Shown: positions 1 through 11,704 of the stretch, in pieces | Position numbering within the stretch: the stretch's first letter is position 1 | How the letters are laid out: each line of letters opens with the position of its first letter | NCBI GenBank assembly: GCA_977862235.1 | Contig: OZ374557.1 | Location: 3,720,001-3,784,000 of the forward strand | DNA from: Dudresnaya verticillata | Lineage: Eukaryota | Length of the DNA: 64,000 bases | Direction: 5' to 3' | Notes under the pieces: generated by a model | The model's input: the letters and a program-made list of their open reading frames with translations, nothing else | What the model was told of the DNA's origin: nothing | Database searches by the model: none | Position numbers and translations under genes: made by a program

Positions 1-490
1 GGCGATTACGAGGTTTGCCATTCTCCATTCTTCATGCCTCTTTTGCATGCGGTATGCCGGATTTCTTGCTCCTTGAGGTCCTAAGCCGAGTGAGTCGCAG
101 CAGTTCACGCCCCGGATAACAACTCAAAGAGTGTTTCCTTTAGACATTAGACCGGCTTGAGACTGCTTCTGTTTCGACAGCTGCGGACGATGAGCAAACT
201 CGCTATGCAAGGCGGTTATCGATTTCCGCCTTGCCCCCTTATCAGCCATCTCAACAGTCATACAATTCGGCGTTTATTAATCATTGCCTTCAGTTATAGT
301 CAACAAAGCGTAAGTGGATATTTAACAGTTAGGCCCCAGAATGATTGTGTACTTAAACCATATATCCGCACCGAAACTTGTCGACTCCATCGATCATCAT
401 GAAAACGAGTAGACGGGATGCCGTACATGCGCGAAAAACAGATTACGAGTATCGTGTTCAAGCTCGCGCCTCCTGCGGACATTGACGCAG

Positions 491-838
491 TTAGCATAGA
501 AATTGGAATGCGCGAGAGACTCCTTCGCAAGCCCAGAATAAAATGCCGTGCCCGGTTTGCTCCACTATAGCCGTGTTGCCCTCCTTCCACAGTGTTTTAG
601 CTCCTTTCTTTGCCTTCTCCTTGTCCTTATTGACGGCTCCATTCACAAATCGTTTGGCAGCCAGACCAACTTTAGCTGCAATCCAGCCTTCGCCTGCAGT
701 GACCGTACCGGTACCCAAAGCGGCAGTGAATGATGACCATGACGCAAATGCAGATATACCACCATCCAGTGGTGCTAGGACGAGACTGACAAGGGACGCT
801 GCAGCCAGTCCAGCGATATATCCCCAACGTTTACCCAT
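491..838 (-). CDS. Small (115 aa) Gly/Ala-rich putative membrane protein, copy 1
   Basis: ATG..TAA ORF MGKRWGYIAGLAAASLVSLVLAPLDGG... with a hydrophobic N-terminus, small-residue helices and a Lys-rich segment. Canonical TATAAAAG lies about 240 bp upstream, followed by a C/A-rich leader. Confidence 0.6.
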   Translation of the reverse strand: MGKRWGYIAGLAAASLVSLVLAPLDGGISAFASWSSFTAALGTGTVTAGEGWIAAKVGLAAKRFVNGAVNKDKEKAKKGAKTLWKEGNTAIVEQTGHGILFWACEGVSRAFQFLC

Positions 839-1078
839 GCTTGAATACTTTGTGCTTGGATTGGAAGACGTAAGACGCTTGAATGAGAGAAAATTGGTAA
901 ATGTGGAGCAAGGACGAGCGTGTGTGTGTTGAGTACACTGTACTTGGGGGAAGCGTTGCGACGGAAGGCTTGCGGTGAAATTGTCAAGATGATGAGATAT
1001 TGGTAGAAGGTCGTTGTGGTTGCTGTTAGGATTGTGTTTGTGAGGTTCGATGCCTCTTCTCCCCTTACCCTGGCGGGG

Positions 1079-1086
1079 CTTTTATA
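1079..1086 (-). promoter_or_regulatory. TATA box (TATAAAAG) of the 115-aa gene; recurs every 3622 bp
   Basis: Plus strand cttttata = minus strand TATAAAAG, upstream of the ATG at 838. Confidence 0.55.
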
Positions 1087-4000
1087 ATGAAGTGCTGATC
1101 TATATCGCACGCGGGTTTGTTTACCAACTGTCGTAGTCGTTGTTGGAGCCCTGTTGGATTGCCGCTGCTTGGATTGTAGAAGGAAGACATAGAAGCGTCG
1201 GAACGAGACTGTTTCAGATACCTTGCTCGCTAGAATAGGGGGCTCGGTTGTTCGTTGCTATTCCGATGACGTAAAGATTAGTGCCAGTACCGTGGCGGTG
1301 ATAATGATGATTCTTCTTCTCGGACACACGAGGGCGGGAGAATCGCATTGAGCAACAAGCCCTGGTCGGGGTCCGCTCTCTTCGAAGCACTCACATATAG
1401 CAAACGTGTATTTCGGCGGCAATGCTTGGGCTTGCGGTTCTGAGAGCCACTTATTGCGCAAGGCTCAGCGAGCGGTGGCTTAGAGGGCTCGCTGCAGCCT
1501 GTCGACCCAGGGCACATACATATATAATATATATCAGAATGTTTGTAGTAGACCACCTTTGGAACAGTGGATGATGCAGTATTGTAGGTAGGGAAGTGTG
1601 TGGGAACGCGTCTGTGTCTCAATAATGAGATTTTGTTCAGCTTCACTGTCCGGCGTCCAGGGCGATACGTGACATTCAATGCGGTCGCAGTCACGTCCTA
1701 CTTTCTTGTGGGCGTGGCTTCTCTTGAGAAGACCAGCCTGTTTCAATTCTTTTTGAGTCAACCAGAAAGGCCGAAGTTGTGATCACGTTTCCTGGCTGTA
1801 AACTTGACAGAGTCTCACATCTTCTCTATGGTCGCGTGACCTTGAGAGTCAAGCTCGGGTCCGACAGGCTCCATACAGTTGCATGCGCACAAAATAACAT
1901 GCGGCGCAGCTTTCGCAGAATACATAGCAGAAGCGGCAGAATGCGAAAAAGAGATTGTCCCCATTAAGTCCTTTGCTCGAGCTCGAGTTTCCCACGAGAG
2001 GTTTTTCAGATCAACTTCTCGGCACGAAACAAATTCTATTGGTGGGCCGTCCGGTGGGACGGTCAGGCCAACCAACTGGAATTAAGATACGATGGGCGCC
2101 CGGTGGGCGCCCAGGCGGATGGCAGATTAACCTCAGCCTTTAGATGCGATATGTGTAAAAAAAAGGGAGAGACGCAACAGGAAGAGGTAGACCCTTGAAA
2201 GAGAAAGGTGTTCAAACCAGACCAGAACCTCTGCAGCAGTTGCAGTAGTTGACCTCACCAGGCGTGACCAGGCTTGCCAGCAATGAGCAACCGAGGAGCG
2301 ATTACTGGACAATTGCCTTTAAAAGGAAACGTTAATCAGACTAAAGTGACAAACCAGCAGCTCGCAACGCACAGAAATAATACCTGTCTGACTGGGCGCC
2401 TATCCTACCTTGCCTGGTTTTTATTCTGGTCCTTCCGTAGGGCGCGTGGTCACGTCGGCCCTCGAGAGGACCCTCAAGCGGAATCGCAAAAATGACGTAG
2501 ACAAAAAGGTCAATGGACTCGCACTCTTTGTGAGCAATGGATGTGTTTCTGTTTCCGCTAACACCGAAGGGGCTCACTCGAGCCTGAACCCCCTCCGTAG
2601 CGTGAGGCCCTGCTGGCAACGCCCATAGTAATAGTATATCTGGGAATGGAGGGAGGGTGTCCATAGAGGGCGGTGTTTTCACTCTTCATGACTTCACGAA
2701 CAGTCTTCCCCAAGATCAAATATCGTCAGTGCTGGGTGTTGTGAGAGTCTAGGCTTCGGCTCCGGTTCTACTGTGAATCTGTGAATCTATCTATTCACAA
2801 CACCTAGAGCGGACTCAGAATAGCATTATTTCAAAATACCAGAGTGAGAATGTCACTATCTTTAACGGTAAGAGAAACATCTCACTCTCTTCAAGCATCT
2901 GGTTTTAGAGTAGTGTCGCCCAGCACGCGCTAAGCCGCATTGCTAGACTCCAATATCTGCCAATCTGCAAAGTTGTTGGCAAAGCCAACACGTACCATAC
3001 AGAACAGGAAATCTATTGAGGGACGAGACGCCATGAGCGTACTTGTTGACATCAGCACCCTCATGCATGCATGAGATGCGCTACGTAGGGCTAATCGATG
3101 CTGATGGAGCAAGGGGAATTCAAACGAGTGCTTCACAGAACGGCCTCCCTTTCGATGGACTATGTAATGCCGCGAACAATCCCCCTACAGCTTGTGGTTC
3201 GCATATGCTGCTGATAACTGCAAATACGTGCAAGTGTTTGTGCTGAAATCGTTCGACGCCCAGTGCCGTTGTCGGGTTCTGCCGCACCTTTTGAAACCGC
3301 AATTGTGCAAAGTGGCAACAGTGTCGCAAAAAGGCATTTTCGAGAGTCAAAGGGGAAATGCCGAGCACAATATGCTCGACTCTGATTAACTCTGTTCCCA
3401 ATTGCGGGCTGACGTTCAGGTGGTCTAGGTCCGAACAATGAACTAGTCCGTATCATTGCTCTGTGCTGTTGCGTGGCAGTGGGCTTCGAAATAGGTTGGT
3501 AGCCGCCTTTTGATGATAAGCTCCAAGGCTCTGTGCCAGCGGTTCTATACCTGTCCTACAAGTCTTCTGCTCAACTTAGAGCAGCTCAAGGAATCAATCG
3601 CGATAAACAAAAATAACTATCGGGCGATTACGAGGTTTGCCATTCTCCATTCTTCATGCCTCTTTTGCATGCGGTATGCCGGATTTCTTGCTCCTTGAGG
3701 TCCTAAGCCGAGTGAGTCGCAGCAGTTCACGCCCCGGATAACAACTCAAAGAGTGTTTCCTTTAGACATTAGACCGGCTTGAGACTGCTTCTGTTTCGAC
3801 AGCTGCGGACGATGAGCAAACTCGCTATGCAAGGCGGTTATCGATTTCCGCCTTGCCCCCTTATCAGCCATCTCAACAGTCATACAATTCGGCGTTTATT
3901 AATCATTGCCTTCAGTTATAGTCAACAAAGCGTAAGTGGATATTTAACAGTTAGGCCCCAGAATGATTGTGTACTTAAACCATATATCCGCACCGAAACT

Positions 4001-4112
4001 TGTCGACTCCATCGATCATCATGAAAACGAGTAGACGGGATGCCGTACATGCGCGAAAAACAGATTACGAGTATCGTGTTCAAGCTCGCGCCTCCTGCGG
4101 ACATTGACGCAG

Positions 4113-4460
4113 TTAGCATAGAAATTGGAATGCGCGAGAGACTCCTTCGCAAGCCCAGAATAAAATGCCGTGCCCGGTTTGCTCCACTATAGCCGTGTTG
4201 CCCTCCTTCCACAGTGTTTTAGCTCCTTTCTTTGCCTTCTCCTTGTCCTTATTGACGGCTCCATTCACAAATCGTTTGGCAGCCAGACCAACTTTAGCTG
4301 CAATCCAGCCTTCGCCTGCAGTGACCGTACCGGTACCCAAAGCGGCAGTGAATGATGACCATGACGCAAATGCAGATATACCACCATCCAGTGGTGCTAG
4401 GACGAGACTGACAAGGGACGCTGCAGCCAGTCCAGCGATATATCCCCAACGTTTACCCAT
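4113..4460 (-). CDS. 115-aa Gly/Ala-rich protein, copy 2
   Basis: Identical translation to 491-838. Confidence 0.6.
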   Translation of the reverse strand: MGKRWGYIAGLAAASLVSLVLAPLDGGISAFASWSSFTAALGTGTVTAGEGWIAAKVGLAAKRFVNGAVNKDKEKAKKGAKTLWKEGNTAIVEQTGHGILFWACEGVSRAFQFLC

Positions 4461-7400
4461 GCTTGAATACTTTGTGCTTGGATTGGAAGACGTAAGACGC
4501 TTGAATGAGAGAAAATTGGTAAATGTGGAGCAAGGACGAGCGTGTGTGTGTTGAGTACACTGTACTTGGGGGAAGCGTTGCGACGGAAGGCTTGCGGTGA
4601 AATTGTCAAGATGATGAGATATTGGTAGAAGGTCGTTGTGGTTGCTGTTAGGATTGTGTTTGTGAGGTTCGATGCCTCTTCTCCCCTTACCCTGGCGGGG
4701 CTTTTATAATGAAGTGCTGATCTATATCGCACGCGGGTTTGTTTACCAACTGTCGTAGTCGTTGTTGGAGCCCTGTTGGATTGCCGCTGCTTGGATTGTA
4801 GAAGGAAGACATAGAAGCGTCGGAACGAGACTGTTTCAGATACCTTGCTCGCTAGAATAGGGGGCTCGGTTGTTCGTTGCTATTCCGATGACGTAAAGAT
4901 TAGTGCCAGTACCGTGGCGGTGATAATGATGATTCTTCTTCTCGGACACACGAGGGCGGGAGAATCGCATTGAGCAACAAGCCCTGGTCGGGGTCCGCTC
5001 TCTTCGAAGCACTCACATATAGCAAACGTGTATTTCGGCGGCAATGCTTGGGCTTGCGGTTCTGAGAGCCACTTATTGCGCAAGGCTCAGCGAGCGGTGG
5101 CTTAGAGGGCTCGCTGCAGCCTGTCGACCCAGGGCACATACATATATAATATATATCAGAATGTTTGTAGTAGACCACCTTTGGAACAGTGGATGATGCA
5201 GTATTGTAGGTAGGGAAGTGTGTGGGAACGCGTCTGTGTCTCAATAATGAGATTTTGTTCAGCTTCACTGTCCGGCGTCCAGGGCGATACGTGACATTCA
5301 ATGCGGTCGCAGTCACGTCCTACTTTCTTGTGGGCGTGGCTTCTCTTGAGAAGACCAGCCTGTTTCAATTCTTTTTGAGTCAACCAGAAAGGCCGAAGTT
5401 GTGATCACGTTTCCTGGCTGTAAACTTGACAGAGTCTCACATCTTCTCTATGGTCGCGTGACCTTGAGAGTCAAGCTCGGGTCCGACAGGCTCCATACAG
5501 TTGCATGCGCACAAAATAACATGCGGCGCAGCTTTCGCAGAATACATAGCAGAAGCGGCAGAATGCGAAAAAGAGATTGTCCCCATTAAGTCCTTTGCTC
5601 GAGCTCGAGTTTCCCACGAGAGGTTTTTCAGATCAACTTCTCGGCACGAAACAAATTCTATTGGTGGGCCGTCCGGTGGGACGGTCAGGCCAACCAACTG
5701 GAATTAAGATACGATGGGCGCCCGGTGGGCGCCCAGGCGGATGGCAGATTAACCTCAGCCTTTAGATGCGATATGTGTAAAAAAAAGGGAGAGACGCAAC
5801 AGGAAGAGGTAGACCCTTGAAAGAGAAAGGTGTTCAAACCAGACCAGAACCTCTGCAGCAGTTGCAGTAGTTGACCTCACCAGGCGTGACCAGGCTTGCC
5901 AGCAATGAGCAACCGAGGAGCGATTACTGGACAATTGCCTTTAAAAGGAAACGTTAATCAGACTAAAGTGACAAACCAGCAGCTCGCAACGCACAGAAAT
6001 AATACCTGTCTGACTGGGCGCCTATCCTACCTTGCCTGGTTTTTATTCTGGTCCTTCCGTAGGGCGCGTGGTCACGTCGGCCCTCGAGAGGACCCTCAAG
6101 CGGAATCGCAAAAATGACGTAGACAAAAAGGTCAATGGACTCGCACTCTTTGTGAGCAATGGATGTGTTTCTGTTTCCGCTAACACCGAAGGGGCTCACT
6201 CGAGCCTGAACCCCCTCCGTAGCGTGAGGCCCTGCTGGCAACGCCCATAGTAATAGTATATCTGGGAATGGAGGGAGGGTGTCCATAGAGGGCGGTGTTT
6301 TCACTCTTCATGACTTCACGAACAGTCTTCCCCAAGATCAAATATCGTCAGTGCTGGGTGTTGTGAGAGTCTAGGCTTCGGCTCCGGTTCTACTGTGAAT
6401 CTGTGAATCTATCTATTCACAACACCTAGAGCGGACTCAGAATAGCATTATTTCAAAATACCAGAGTGAGAATGTCACTATCTTTAACGGTAAGAGAAAC
6501 ATCTCACTCTCTTCAAGCATCTGGTTTTAGAGTAGTGTCGCCCAGCACGCGCTAAGCCGCATTGCTAGACTCCAATATCTGCCAATCTGCAAAGTTGTTG
6601 GCAAAGCCAACACGTACCATACAGAACAGGAAATCTATTGAGGGACGAGACGCCATGAGCGTACTTGTTGACATCAGCACCCTCATGCATGCATGAGATG
6701 CGCTACGTAGGGCTAATCGATGCTGATGGAGCAAGGGGAATTCAAACGAGTGCTTCACAGAACGGCCTCCCTTTCGATGGACTATGTAATGCCGCGAACA
6801 ATCCCCCTACAGCTTGTGGTTCGCATATGCTGCTGATAACTGCAAATACGTGCAAGTGTTTGTGCTGAAATCGTTCGACGCCCAGTGCCGTTGTCGGGTT
6901 CTGCCGCACCTTTTGAAACCGCAATTGTGCAAAGTGGCAACAGTGTCGCAAAAAGGCATTTTCGAGAGTCAAAGGGGAAATGCCGAGCACAATATGCTCG
7001 ACTCTGATTAACTCTGTTCCCAATTGCGGGCTGACGTTCAGGTGGTCTAGGTCCGAACAATGAACTAGTCCGTATCATTGCTCTGTGCTGTTGCGTGGCA
7101 GTGGGCTTCGAAATAGGTTGGTAGCCGCCTTTTGATGATAAGCTCCAAGGCTCTGTGCCAGCGGTTCTATACCTGTCCTACAAGTCTTCTGCTCAACTTA
7201 GAGCAGCTCAAGGAATCAATCGCGATAAACAAAAATAACTATCGGGCGATTACGAGGTTTGCCATTCTCCATTCTTCATGCCTCTTTTGCATGCGGTATG
7301 CCGGATTTCTTGCTCCTTGAGGTCCTAAGCCGAGTGAGTCGCAGCAGTTCACGCCCCGGATAACAACTCAAAGAGTGTTTCCTTTAGACATTAGACCGGC

Positions 7401-7734
7401 TTGAGACTGCTTCTGTTTCGACAGCTGCGGACGATGAGCAAACTCGCTATGCAAGGCGGTTATCGATTTCCGCCTTGCCCCCTTATCAGCCATCTCAACA
7501 GTCATACAATTCGGCGTTTATTAATCATTGCCTTCAGTTATAGTCAACAAAGCGTAAGTGGATATTTAACAGTTAGGCCCCAGAATGATTGTGTACTTAA
7601 ACCATATATCCGCACCGAAACTTGTCGACTCCATCGATCATCATGAAAACGAGTAGACGGGATGCCGTACATGCGCGAAAAACAGATTACGAGTATCGTG
7701 TTCAAGCTCGCGCCTCCTGCGGACATTGACGCAG

Positions 7735-8082
7735 TTAGCATAGAAATTGGAATGCGCGAGAGACTCCTTCGCAAGCCCAGAATAAAATGCCGTGCCCGGT
7801 TTGCTCCACTATAGCCGTGTTGCCCTCCTTCCACAGTGTTTTAGCTCCTTTCTTTGCCTTCTCCTTGTCCTTATTGACGGCTCCATTCACAAATCGTTTG
7901 GCAGCCAGACCAACTTTAGCTGCAATCCAGCCTTCGCCTGCAGTGACCGTACCGGTACCCAAAGCGGCAGTGAATGATGACCATGACGCAAATGCAGATA
8001 TACCACCATCCAGTGGTGCTAGGACGAGACTGACAAGGGACGCTGCAGCCAGTCCAGCGATATATCCCCAACGTTTACCCAT
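7735..8082 (-). CDS. 115-aa Gly/Ala-rich protein, copy 3
   Basis: Identical translation to 491-838. Confidence 0.6.
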   Translation of the reverse strand: MGKRWGYIAGLAAASLVSLVLAPLDGGISAFASWSSFTAALGTGTVTAGEGWIAAKVGLAAKRFVNGAVNKDKEKAKKGAKTLWKEGNTAIVEQTGHGILFWACEGVSRAFQFLC

Positions 8083-11000
8083 GCTTGAATACTTTGTGCT
8101 TGGATTGGAAGACGTAAGACGCTTGAATGAGAGAAAATTGGTAAATGTGGAGCAAGGACGAGCGTGTGTGTGTTGAGTACACTGTACTTGGGGGAAGCGT
8201 TGCGACGGAAGGCTTGCGGTGAAATTGTCAAGATGATGAGATATTGGTAGAAGGTCGTTGTGGTTGCTGTTAGGATTGTGTTTGTGAGGTTCGATGCCTC
8301 TTCTCCCCTTACCCTGGCGGGGCTTTTATAATGAAGTGCTGATCTATATCGCACGCGGGTTTGTTTACCAACTGTCGTAGTCGTTGTTGGAGCCCTGTTG
8401 GATTGCCGCTGCTTGGATTGTAGAAGGAAGACATAGAAGCGTCGGAACGAGACTGTTTCAGATACCTTGCTCGCTAGAATAGGGGGCTCGGTTGTTCGTT
8501 GCTATTCCGATGACGTAAAGATTAGTGCCAGTACCGTGGCGGTGATAATGATGATTCTTCTTCTCGGACACACGAGGGCGGGAGAATCGCATTGAGCAAC
8601 AAGCCCTGGTCGGGGTCCGCTCTCTTCGAAGCACTCACATATAGCAAACGTGTATTTCGGCGGCAATGCTTGGGCTTGCGGTTCTGAGAGCCACTTATTG
8701 CGCAAGGCTCAGCGAGCGGTGGCTTAGAGGGCTCGCTGCAGCCTGTCGACCCAGGGCACATACATATATAATATATATCAGAATGTTTGTAGTAGACCAC
8801 CTTTGGAACAGTGGATGATGCAGTATTGTAGGTAGGGAAGTGTGTGGGAACGCGTCTGTGTCTCAATAATGAGATTTTGTTCAGCTTCACTGTCCGGCGT
8901 CCAGGGCGATACGTGACATTCAATGCGGTCGCAGTCACGTCCTACTTTCTTGTGGGCGTGGCTTCTCTTGAGAAGACCAGCCTGTTTCAATTCTTTTTGA
9001 GTCAACCAGAAAGGCCGAAGTTGTGATCACGTTTCCTGGCTGTAAACTTGACAGAGTCTCACATCTTCTCTATGGTCGCGTGACCTTGAGAGTCAAGCTC
9101 GGGTCCGACAGGCTCCATACAGTTGCATGCGCACAAAATAACATGCGGCGCAGCTTTCGCAGAATACATAGCAGAAGCGGCAGAATGCGAAAAAGAGATT
9201 GTCCCCATTAAGTCCTTTGCTCGAGCTCGAGTTTCCCACGAGAGGTTTTTCAGATCAACTTCTCGGCACGAAACAAATTCTATTGGTGGGCCGTCCGGTG
9301 GGACGGTCAGGCCAACCAACTGGAATTAAGATACGATGGGCGCCCGGTGGGCGCCCAGGCGGATGGCAGATTAACCTCAGCCTTTAGATGCGATATGTGT
9401 AAAAAAAAGGGAGAGACGCAACAGGAAGAGGTAGACCCTTGAAAGAGAAAGGTGTTCAAACCAGACCAGAACCTCTGCAGCAGTTGCAGTAGTTGACCTC
9501 ACCAGGCGTGACCAGGCTTGCCAGCAATGAGCAACCGAGGAGCGATTACTGGACAATTGCCTTTAAAAGGAAACGTTAATCAGACTAAAGTGACAAACCA
9601 GCAGCTCGCAACGCACAGAAATAATACCTGTCTGACTGGGCGCCTATCCTACCTTGCCTGGTTTTTATTCTGGTCCTTCCGTAGGGCGCGTGGTCACGTC
9701 GGCCCTCGAGAGGACCCTCAAGCGGAATCGCAAAAATGACGTAGACAAAAAGGTCAATGGACTCGCACTCTTTGTGAGCAATGGATGTGTTTCTGTTTCC
9801 GCTAACACCGAAGGGGCTCACTCGAGCCTGAACCCCCTCCGTAGCGTGAGGCCCTGCTGGCAACGCCCATAGTAATAGTATATCTGGGAATGGAGGGAGG
9901 GTGTCCATAGAGGGCGGTGTTTTCACTCTTCATGACTTCACGAACAGTCTTCCCCAAGATCAAATATCGTCAGTGCTGGGTGTTGTGAGAGTCTAGGCTT
10001 CGGCTCCGGTTCTACTGTGAATCTGTGAATCTATCTATTCACAACACCTAGAGCGGACTCAGAATAGCATTATTTCAAAATACCAGAGTGAGAATGTCAC
10101 TATCTTTAACGGTAAGAGAAACATCTCACTCTCTTCAAGCATCTGGTTTTAGAGTAGTGTCGCCCAGCACGCGCTAAGCCGCATTGCTAGACTCCAATAT
10201 CTGCCAATCTGCAAAGTTGTTGGCAAAGCCAACACGTACCATACAGAACAGGAAATCTATTGAGGGACGAGACGCCATGAGCGTACTTGTTGACATCAGC
10301 ACCCTCATGCATGCATGAGATGCGCTACGTAGGGCTAATCGATGCTGATGGAGCAAGGGGAATTCAAACGAGTGCTTCACAGAACGGCCTCCCTTTCGAT
10401 GGACTATGTAATGCCGCGAACAATCCCCCTACAGCTTGTGGTTCGCATATGCTGCTGATAACTGCAAATACGTGCAAGTGTTTGTGCTGAAATCGTTCGA
10501 CGCCCAGTGCCGTTGTCGGGTTCTGCCGCACCTTTTGAAACCGCAATTGTGCAAAGTGGCAACAGTGTCGCAAAAAGGCATTTTCGAGAGTCAAAGGGGA
10601 AATGCCGAGCACAATATGCTCGACTCTGATTAACTCTGTTCCCAATTGCGGGCTGACGTTCAGGTGGTCTAGGTCCGAACAATGAACTAGTCCGTATCAT
10701 TGCTCTGTGCTGTTGCGTGGCAGTGGGCTTCGAAATAGGTTGGTAGCCGCCTTTTGATGATAAGCTCCAAGGCTCTGTGCCAGCGGTTCTATACCTGTCC
10801 TACAAGTCTTCTGCTCAACTTAGAGCAGCTCAAGGAATCAATCGCGATAAACAAAAATAACTATCGGGCGATTACGAGGTTTGCCATTCTCCATTCTTCA
10901 TGCCTCTTTTGCATGCGGTATGCCGGATTTCTTGCTCCTTGAGGTCCTAAGCCGAGTGAGTCGCAGCAGTTCACGCCCCGGATAACAACTCAAAGAGTGT

Positions 11001-11356
11001 TTCCTTTAGACATTAGACCGGCTTGAGACTGCTTCTGTTTCGACAGCTGCGGACGATGAGCAAACTCGCTATGCAAGGCGGTTATCGATTTCCGCCTTGC
11101 CCCCTTATCAGCCATCTCAACAGTCATACAATTCGGCGTTTATTAATCATTGCCTTCAGTTATAGTCAACAAAGCGTAAGTGGATATTTAACAGTTAGGC
11201 CCCAGAATGATTGTGTACTTAAACCATATATCCGCACCGAAACTTGTCGACTCCATCGATCATCATGAAAACGAGTAGACGGGATGCCGTACATGCGCGA
11301 AAAACAGATTACGAGTATCGTGTTCAAGCTCGCGCCTCCTGCGGACATTGACGCAG

Positions 11357-11704
11357 TTAGCATAGAAATTGGAATGCGCGAGAGACTCCTTCGCAAGCCC
11401 AGAATAAAATGCCGTGCCCGGTTTGCTCCACTATAGCCGTGTTGCCCTCCTTCCACAGTGTTTTAGCTCCTTTCTTTGCCTTCTCCTTGTCCTTATTGAC
11501 GGCTCCATTCACAAATCGTTTGGCAGCCAGACCAACTTTAGCTGCAATCCAGCCTTCGCCTGCAGTGACCGTACCGGTACCCAAAGCGGCAGTGAATGAT
11601 GACCATGACGCAAATGCAGATATACCACCATCCAGTGGTGCTAGGACGAGACTGACAAGGGACGCTGCAGCCAGTCCAGCGATATATCCCCAACGTTTAC
11701 CCAT
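11357..11704 (-). CDS. 115-aa Gly/Ala-rich protein, copy 4
   Basis: Identical translation to 491-838. Confidence 0.6.
   Translation of the reverse strand: MGKRWGYIAGLAAASLVSLVLAPLDGGISAFASWSSFTAALGTGTVTAGEGWIAAKVGLAAKRFVNGAVNKDKEKAKKGAKTLWKEGNTAIVEQTGHGILFWACEGVSRAFQFLC

Noticed and set aside
543..932. 129-aa plus-strand ORF and the other 60-140 aa ORFs in the tandem unit
   Set aside because: They are antisense shadows of the 115-aa gene or short frames with no promoter or domain support.
3043..3389. Possible reverse-transcriptase remnant (LPFDGLCNA, FAYAADNC)
   Set aside because: Only vague motif resemblance in different frames; cannot be supported without a profile search.
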